DNA from: the human T2T-CHM13v2.0 reference genome, Homo sapiens
Length of the DNA stretch: 64,000 bases
Strand: one strand, 5' to 3'
Assembly: GCF_009914755.1 (NCBI RefSeq)
Contig: NC_060929.1
Shown here one piece after another: positions 54,488 to 64,000 of the stretch. Each line of letters starts with the position of its first letter. Position 1 is the stretch's first letter. The notes beneath the pieces were generated by a model. It was not told the DNA's origin. It worked only from the letters and a program-made list of their open reading frames with translations, and searched no databases. The position numbers and the translations under genes were made by a program.

Positions 54488-55392
54488 GAGGGAGGAGCCA
54501 AGATGGCCGAATAGGAACAGCTCAGGTCTACAGCTCCCAGCGTGAGCGACGCAGGAAACGGTGATTTCTGCATTTCCATCTGAGGTACCGGGTTCATCTC
54601 ACTAGGGAGTGCCAGACAGTGGGCGCAGGTCAGTGGGTGCGTGCACCGTGTGCGAGCCGAAGCAGGGCGAGGCACTGCCTCACTTGGGAAGCGCAAGGGG
54701 TCAGGGAGTTCCCTTTCTGAGTCAAAGAAAGGGGTGACGGACGCACCTTGAAAATCGGGTCACTCCCACCCGAATACTGCGCTTTTCCGACCGGCTTAAA
54801 AAACGGCGCACCAGGAGATTATATCCCGCACCTGGCTCTGAGGGTCCTACGCCCACGGAGTCTCCCTGATTGCTAGCACAGCAGTCTGAGATCAAACTGC
54901 AAGGCGGTAGCGAGGCTGGGGGAGGGGCACCCGCCATTGCCCAGGCTTGCTTAGGTAAACAAAGCAGAGGGGAAGCTCGAACTGGGTGGAGCCCACCACA
55001 GCTCAAGGAGGCCTGCCTGCCTCTGTAGGCTCCACCTCTGGGGGCAGGGCACAGACAAACAAAAAGACAGCAGTAACCTCTGCAGACTTAAATGTCTCTG
55101 TCTGACAGCTTTGAAGAGAGCAGTGGTTCTCCCAGCATGCAGCTGGAGATCTGAGAACAGGCAGACTGCCTTCTCAAGTGGGTCCCTGACCCCTGACCCC
55201 CAAGCAGCCTAACTGGGAGGCACCCCCCAGCAGGGGCACACTGACATCTCACACGGCAGGGTATTCGAACAGACCTGCAGCTGAGGGTCCTGTCTGTTAG
55301 AAGGAAAACTAACAAACAGAAAGGACATCCACACCCAAAACCCATCTGTACATCACCATCATCAAAGACCAAAAGTAGATAAAACCACAAAG
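54488..55392 (+). promoter_or_regulatory. L1 5'UTR: CpG-rich internal sense promoter and antisense promoter region
   Basis: Intact YY1 motif CAAGATGGCCG at 54499-54509; many CpGs retained. Promoter activity is known for the family and not shown for this copy. Confidence 0.8.
54722..54937 (-). CDS. ORF0: LINE-1 ORF0 (antisense, 71 aa), intact reading frame
   Basis: MAGAPPPASLPPCSLISDCCASNQGDSVGVGPSEPGAGYNLLVRRFLSRSEKRSIRVGVTRFSRCVRHPFL*; ATG in a GCAATGG context; expression unknown. Confidence 0.75.
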   Translation of the reverse strand: MAGAPPPASLPPCSLISDCCASNQGDSVGVGPSEPGAGYNLLVRRFLSRSEKRSIRVGVTRFSRCVRHPFL

Positions 55393-56407
55393 ATGGGGAA
55401 AAAACAGAACAGAAAAACTGGAAACTCTAAAAAGCAGAGCGCCTCTCCTCCTCCAAAGGAATGCAGTTCCTCACCAGCAACGGAACAAAGCTGGATGGAG
55501 AATGACTTTGACGAGCTGAGAGAAGAAGGCTTCAGACAATCAAATTACTCTGAGCTACAGGAGGACATTCAAACCAAAGGCAAAGAAGTTGAAAACTGAA
55601 AAAAATTTAGAAGAATGTATAACTAGAATAACCAATACAGAGAAGTGCTTAAAGGAGCTGATGGAGCTGAAAACCAAGGCTCGAGAACTATGTGAAGAAT
55701 TCAGAAGCCTCAGGAGCCGATGTGATCAACTGGAAGAAAGGGTGTCAGCGATGGAAGATGAAATGAATGAAATGAAGCGAGAAGGGAAGTTTAGAGAAAA
55801 AAGAATAAAAAGAAATGAGCAAAGCCTCCAAGAAATATGGGACTATGTGAAAAGACCAAATCTATGTCTGATTGGTGTACCTGAAAGTGATGCGGAGAAT
55901 GGAACCAAGTTGGAAAACACTCTGCAGGATATTATCCAGGAGAACTTCCCCAGTCTAGCAAGGCAGGCCAACGTTCAGATTCAGGAAATACAGAGAACGC
56001 CACAAAGATACTCCTCGAGAAGAGCAACTCCAAGACACATAATTGTCAGATTCACCAAAGTTGAAATGAAGGAAAAAATGTTAAGGGCAGCCAGAGAGAA
56101 AGGTCGGGTTACCCTCAAAGGGAAGCCCATCAGACTAACAGCGGATCTCTGGGCAGAAACCCTACAAGCCAGAAGAGAGTGGGGGCCAATATTCAACATT
56201 CTTAAAGAAAAGAATTTTCAACCCAGAATTTCATATCCAGCCAAACTAAGCTTCGTAAGTGAAGGAGAAATAAAATCCTTTACAGACAAGCAAATGCTGA
56301 GAAATTTTGTCACCACTAGGCCTGCCCTAAAAGAGCTCCTGAAGGAAACACTAAACATGGAAAGGAACAACCGGTACCAGCTGCTGCAAAATCATGGCAA
56401 AATGTAA
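55393..56407 (+). pseudogene. L1 ORF1 (RNA-binding p40), frameshifted
   Basis: MGKKQNRKTGNSK... start; 2-bp deletion at ~55597 (AACTGAA instead of AACTTTGAA) gives a stop after 68 aa; the rest is open in the next frame; 1015 nt versus 1017 expected. Confidence 0.93.
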
Positions 56408-56455
56408 AGACCGTCAAGACTAGAAAGAAACTGCATCAACTAATGAGCAAAATAA

Positions 56456-58449
<1,994 letters not shown>

Positions 58450-58804
58450 TGATTTGGACAAATATATATGCTAGCAGGGATACAGTTAAAAAGTTCAATG
58501 GTTATTTAGGAATTACCTTTGGAGTTAGCTGTGTTCAAAAATTAGCATATTAGTTTGGTATATGGAACAGATTCTTTCAAATGATGTGGTTTGCCATAAC
58601 CTAAGGGTCTTTTCCACACATGAAGTGTTCAGTTTTTCAAAATACTAGAGACTCACTTTAGTTTCCAGTATGTCACCTTGAATAACAATTAATATAATTT
58701 TATTCTATTTTTTCAATAATTAAAGCCCTTTATGGCATGTGTTTTCTATTTTTTTCCTGTTATATTTTAAAGTACATATCAGAGATTTGCAATTGATTTG
58801 CTCT

Positions 58805-59530
58805 TTCCACCAATATTTACAGGTGCTTTTTATGTAGTTTGCAGTGTTCTAGGGATACAGCAGTGGACAAAACAATATAGTGCATAATTTCATGTAACTT
58901 TAATTTTAGCAGGGGGAGAAGAGCAAGAAACAAGTACCAAAGATCTCATATGTCATGTGGTGATAGATGCTCTGAAGAAAAATAAGAACAAGGAATAAAG
59001 GTTGAGCGTGCTGTTTTACATAGGCATTTACAGAGGGCATCCCAGGAAGAGTGACATTTGAATAGAGACCCAGAGGACAGAGGGGGCACAATAGCTAATA
59101 TCTGGAATGTGTCGCAGGTAGAGGAAATGATAAATGTAAGGTCCTGGGTGGGAAGAGCCTGGGGCATCCAAGGTCTGGCAAGAGACCAAGGTGGATCGAG
59201 TGGAGTGGCAGGAGCTGGGACTAGAGAGAAGGACTCCAGCTGTGGAATTGGAGCATCTGGCTTCATTTTAGAAGGGTCACTGCTGTGGTTCTGAGAGGAT
59301 GGAAGCACAGAGACCTCTTGAGATGCTATTGCAAGAGAGAAAGGGGATGGCAGGGACAAGGGTGGTAGGCATAGAAATGGTGAAGTGATCTTGGGTGTAT
59401 TTTGGAAGTTGAGCCTGGAGGATTTACTAGTTGGATATGGAGTGTGAAAGAGAAGTTAAGAACAACTGAAAGATTTTGTGACCTGAGTAGCTAGAGAAAA
59501 CAGAATTGCCATTTACTGAAATTGGAAAAA
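58805..59530 (-). mobile_element. LINE-2 3' portion
   Basis: 'gtgttctagggatacagcagtggacaaaac', 'gtgacatttgaatagagacc', 'gaattgccatttactgaaattggaaa'. Confidence 0.85.
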
Positions 59531-59831
59531 GCTTTCTCTTTCTGCTTATATGACCACTGTTAATATTTAAAAACTATGAATTACAGAACCCATGTGCTTG
59601 GGAATAGAAGTGTCTGAAAATGAGGTCGGAGAAAATTGTCAGTTAAGAGGCTGAAAGTTCTGTTTGTGGACAGTTCTAATATGCCTTTTTATAGACAGAT
59701 GGGTGGTATTACTAGGGCATATAGCCGTAGATAAAGAAATCTGTGGTGCTTATTTGCAGATGGTCGTGATGGTGATGGCGGAGACATTAACAAAAATTAG
59801 ATCGAGGCTTGTAAATGATGTGCCTTCATTT

Positions 59832-60050
59832 TTACTTTTTAAAATTTATTCTTTTAATTGAAAAATAAAAATTCTACATATGTATATGCATCATAATGTC
59901 TTAAAATATGTATGTGTTGTGGAATGGCTAAATCAAGCTAATTAACATATGTATTACCTCACATGCTTATTTTTGGGGAGTGAGAACACTTAAATCTACT
60001 CTGTGATTTTCAAGAATACAGTACATTGCTATTAAATGTTAACTATGTGC
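59832..60050 (-). mobile_element. L1MA-type (about L1MA7/8) 3' end
   Basis: 'ttgtggaatggctaaatcaagctaattaacatatgtattacctcacatgctta...gtgagaacacttaaatctactct'. Confidence 0.85.
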
Positions 60051-61894
60051 TTTTAATTCATCTTCATTGATATGGCCAAGCCACAATGTCATCGTGGAGG
60101 ATCTGTTTTTTTCTCAGCCTGATAATTTGTAAAACAGCATATAATGGGTGGGGGCAGTAAATACAGAAAATCTAGGTATAGAATTCTGGTGATTGGCATT
60201 TCTATAGAACTGACAGTTTTGGAAACTTTCTTTCAATTCTGCCTCACACTTCCCTTGGTTATATACCTTTTATCCCTTAAGATGCTAACATGTTTCCTGT
60301 GATAAACTGCTAGCAAGAGCGGGTGTACATCCCTCACTTGTAGGTGGTGTCCTGTGCCCCTGTCTGACTTCTGCATTCAATAATATTAAAGGAATCCTTC
60401 CAAATTTTCTATGGCTCTTGTTGGAGGTGGTAAGAACTAACGTAGGAAATTTTAAGCAAATCCAGTCACACAAATCAGTATTTACTATTGGTGCATGAGG
60501 TAAGGACATATTGCTGTTTCAATGCAAGATACTTTGTGGCCAGCAGCATGTAGGTGACCACGGAGTAGGACCTGGCCCTCTAGGAGTACACAGCCTGCTT
60601 AGGGAGAGGAACCACAAGTATTTGAAGCAGGGGTATCATGCCCAGGCTTAGATGCCCTTGAACATCAGTGAAAGTTTCAAGACAGCCTCTGTCTTTAGTT
60701 CAACTCCTTGTAGTATGAAGACTTTGGGAGTCTGGAAAAGTTGGAAAACATTAAAATGGAATCATTTAAAGGACGAAGTCCAAAGTGACATGTTTGATGT
60801 CTACCATAAGCTCTAGGGTGTGATGAAGTGTCTTAAAAGGGATCATGAGTATTTGACTCAGGACAAAAAATGAAAAATAAATTGCAGGGCTGCAGTGGAC
60901 CGTTTTGAGAAGCTTTGACTAATTGTAGAAAGAATAGTAAAGCCACTGACAACAGAGCAAATTTGGAAAAATGATCTATTTAGAGAGAGCCTGTTGGGAG
61001 TGTGATCGGATGTGAAGAGGAAATGGGATCTTGGAGCACTGCACTATGCTTATAGGTTTTCTGCTCATACTGTGCCTGAAACATTGGCAGCCCTCACAGT
61101 TCACTGCCTCAGTTTTCCCAGATTTAAAATAATACTCCCTTCTTGTGATTTTGATTAAAAACCTTGGCTTGTGGACTAACAGCTCATGTCTATATATGTG
61201 CGATATGTGATGAATTAGGTTTTTTTTCTGTTTTCTCCTTGATTTCCTTCTCTTTCTTCCACATTTGTTTCATGTCTTTTATGGCTTTCCTATTTAGGAA
61301 TTATCTTCTTTCCTCTGCTTGTTTTTCTACCCGCTGTTAATTTGTGATACAGCAGTCTTCCCCAGAGTAATTAATTGTAATTCTACAAGCTGAAAAAATT
61401 TAACATCAGGTGAAAAATAAGTAGCAGATGCTGATGAACCTTAAATGAGAAATATTTGTATTTTATGCAGCTGTCACTCATAATTAAGAGAAAATAAGTA
61501 AGTAGAATGGACCCTAACTTGTTTGATTGCTTCACAGGGTAGGCATCCATTCTTAGTGCATTTACTAGGACTATTAAATAGTAGCTGTTATGGAACATTT
61601 TGTTCAATGTCTATGGCACATTGCCACCTTGTGGCTGCAGATTTGTCTTGTGATGTAAAAGTAAATTTTTTAATGTTAAGTCTACCTGATATAATCTTAT
61701 GTTACATTTTTCCTGGTATTTATACGTTACCTTGCTCACAAAAGATTTGAGACACCTTATAAGACTACATAGAATATAGGATAAGAGAACTTGAGAGAAT
61801 ATTCTTGTTCTTAGAACAGGCATGTTGAAGTATTGAAGTATTTGGAGGGGGGTGAAGAATCATACTGCCTGCAACCAACAGTCCCCGTGCATGT

Positions 61895-62020
61895 GTGAAG
61901 AGGAGAGAGAGCAAAAACGGTGTGACAAAAGGTTAACTCGCCACTGAGAATATGGGTGTTTACCGTTCCTGTAACTTTTCTGTAGTTGCAAATGTTTTTC
62001 TGAAAAGTTTCTAATTTAAA
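61895..62020 (+). mobile_element. Old L1ME-type 3' terminal fragment
   Basis: 'atatgggtgtttaccgttcctgtaacttttctgtagttgcaaatgttttt'. Confidence 0.5.
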
Positions 62021-62601
62021 AATTGGCAGAAAAAATAATTGGGGTATGAGCACAAAATGGAGCCAAAAAGGAGGCAAAAATAACCTCTACATTCTTTAAT
62101 GATCTGACTCTAGATGAACTCAGTGATTTGGTTCTGCATTTTCTAGAGGCTATATGGAAACTTCTCCTTGGAGGCCCTCCTAAATAGGACACTGATGTAA
62201 TAAACAGCAGCCCTCGACAAATACCTTGTGATAAGTTCAGCTCTGCATTTGAAAGGGTGTGTTTTTTTTTTTTCCTTTTTCCCAAGTGCACTCTGGAGTC
62301 CCTTTTTCCTACTGATCTGGCTTTGATCTTGGAGTGGATGGGCTGCTAGTTCTTCAAGGGCCTCTCACTAAAATACTGACCGGCAATGAGTGTGAGATGG
62401 TACTTACAGAGAAGTGCTTGAAATCCAGGTGTTAGGTCTTACTAATGAATACAGTTATGCTTAGGGGAATCTTTTAGCAGCTAAGCCGATGAGGTCTGTT
62501 CTATCTCAACTAACTTGGGAAGGGTTGCTCATAAACAGGATCAAATTTCCTTTTGTGTAATAGTTTTATAGAACTATTATTATTAAATAAATAGAAATAA
62601 A

Positions 62602-62785
62602 TATTTCTATTTATTTAATTATTTTTTATTTATTTTTTGAGATGGGGTCTTGCTCTGTTGCTCATGCTGGAGTGCAGTGCTGCAGTCATGGCTCACTGTA
62701 GACTTGACCTCCTGGACTCAAGAGAGTCTCCTGCCTTGGCTTCCCAAAATGCTAGGATTACTGATGTGAGCCACTGCGCTCCGCC
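62602..62785 (-). mobile_element. Monomeric AluJ-type element (left-arm 5' part joined to right-arm 3' part)
   Basis: Right-arm 'gctggagtgcagtg...gctcactgtag' runs directly into left-arm 'cccaaaatgctaggattac...gagccactgcgc'; (TTTA)n tail. Confidence 0.85.
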
Positions 62786-63464
62786 TGTGCAATGACTTTG
62801 AATATGATGCAGTGCATGGACAGACAAAATGGATGACCTAGTCTCCAGATTTCTATTTCTTATAAATACATCCATGATAATCTTCACCTGAAAAAATTTG
62901 ACAAGTATAACCAGGTGATCACCTCTTTTCCCCATGAAAACAAAACAAATCTCAGTGAAGCGGCTCTTAAAATGCCCGGCTTTGAATAATGTTACTTGAC
63001 TCTTCTGTTTTTAAATTTCTACAGAGTTAACCTTTTTATGTACTTTTTTGAGGGATCTTTAATAACTAACTGGAAGTATGTAGGTGTATATGAAAATTTT
63101 TGTCCTTTGCAGCTGTCTTAGACACATATTCATATGTACTTACTTGAAGGTGAACATTTTAGATGGTATGGCTCTATTAAGTATGAGAGGCTTTCTTACA
63201 AAAACAGGCAGATCTTGAAATAAGTGTTGTGACACAAGGGATTCTTTTGTAGAATGCTGTCTCTTGAAGTGACTTTGGTTTCTCTGATTCTTGTGACAGG
63301 TTTTCTTTTAAAAAGCTATAAAGTGACGTAGGGATGTATTGATTTCCATTAAGGGCTAGGGTACTTAGAAATTTCTCTCCTGTACAACATATATTTGTGA
63401 GCAATATGTGAATTTTCTTTTGTAACCCACTAAAGAGAGTGATCTATTGCTTCTCTACAGAGCG

Positions 63465-63700
63465 ACAATCTTCAATTTTGGGGGAGACCATGTACAGAAA
63501 GACATGTTTTATATAGTGACCTAGGATACACACACATACACGTATAACTGAATAAAACATTTCATGAAACAATCCTTTCCCTTTCTTCATTGGACTGTGA
63601 TAATTTCTGTTCTATTGCATTAAAAAACACCAGTCACAATCTACCAAACTTGATTTCATGACCCACTAATGTGCTGTGACCCACAGTTTGAAAATCACTG
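63465..63700 (-). mobile_element. hAT-Charlie-type MITE (copy 3 of 3)
   Basis: 'ttcatgaaacaatc...ttgatttcatgacccactaatgtgctgtgacccacagtttgaaaatcactg'. Confidence 0.7.
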
Positions 63701-64000
63701 CTGTCGAGATTTTGCAGCAAGCCAGACTCTCTTTCGGAAGGAAGATGTGACAGTGAAATTCTAAATTCTCTAACGTAGCAAAATTGAACACAGTGTTGGG
63801 AGAATGGAGTTTGAGAAGGAAAAGAAAGGAAGAAAAAGTGTGAATGATTGGTCTTTCATTCTAGGCTGTGTTGATGCCCTAGCCAGTGATGCCATTCTTC
63901 CTCTTTCTGCAGCTTGACCACATATTATCCCCTCCACCCATGCCGTTTCGGAAATGCAGCAACCCAGATGTGGCTTCTGGCCCTGGAAAATCACTGAAGT

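Overview
This window is repeat-rich hominoid (human-like) genomic DNA with no host protein-coding exon that I can support. It reads as one large intron, probably of a gene on the + strand: all five MaLR LTRs and 6 of 8 Alus lie on the - strand, and the + strand looks T-rich by eye. It is made of LINE-1, LINE-2, MIR, Alu, MaLR solo LTRs, hAT-Charlie/Tigger DNA-transposon relics and microsatellites. The only long ORFs belong to a young L1PA2/PA3-like element at 54488-58423. That element has a complete 5'UTR, an intact antisense ORF0, frameshifted ORF1 and ORF2, and an abrupt 3' truncation inside the RT domain with no tail or TSD. I found no new biological system. The best second-look items are: an L1 3'-transduction with perfect 15-bp TSDs (19601-19866), the 3'-truncated L1 with an intact ORF0 and an endonuclease-only ORF, a ~200-bp local duplication (45196/47105), a 26-bp inverted templated copy with a fold-back palindrome (49164/49593), abutting palindromes in an Alu tail, and a perfect NF-kB palindrome. 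Repeat subfamily names come from remembered consensus sequences, not a database search, and the boundaries of old repeats are approximate.
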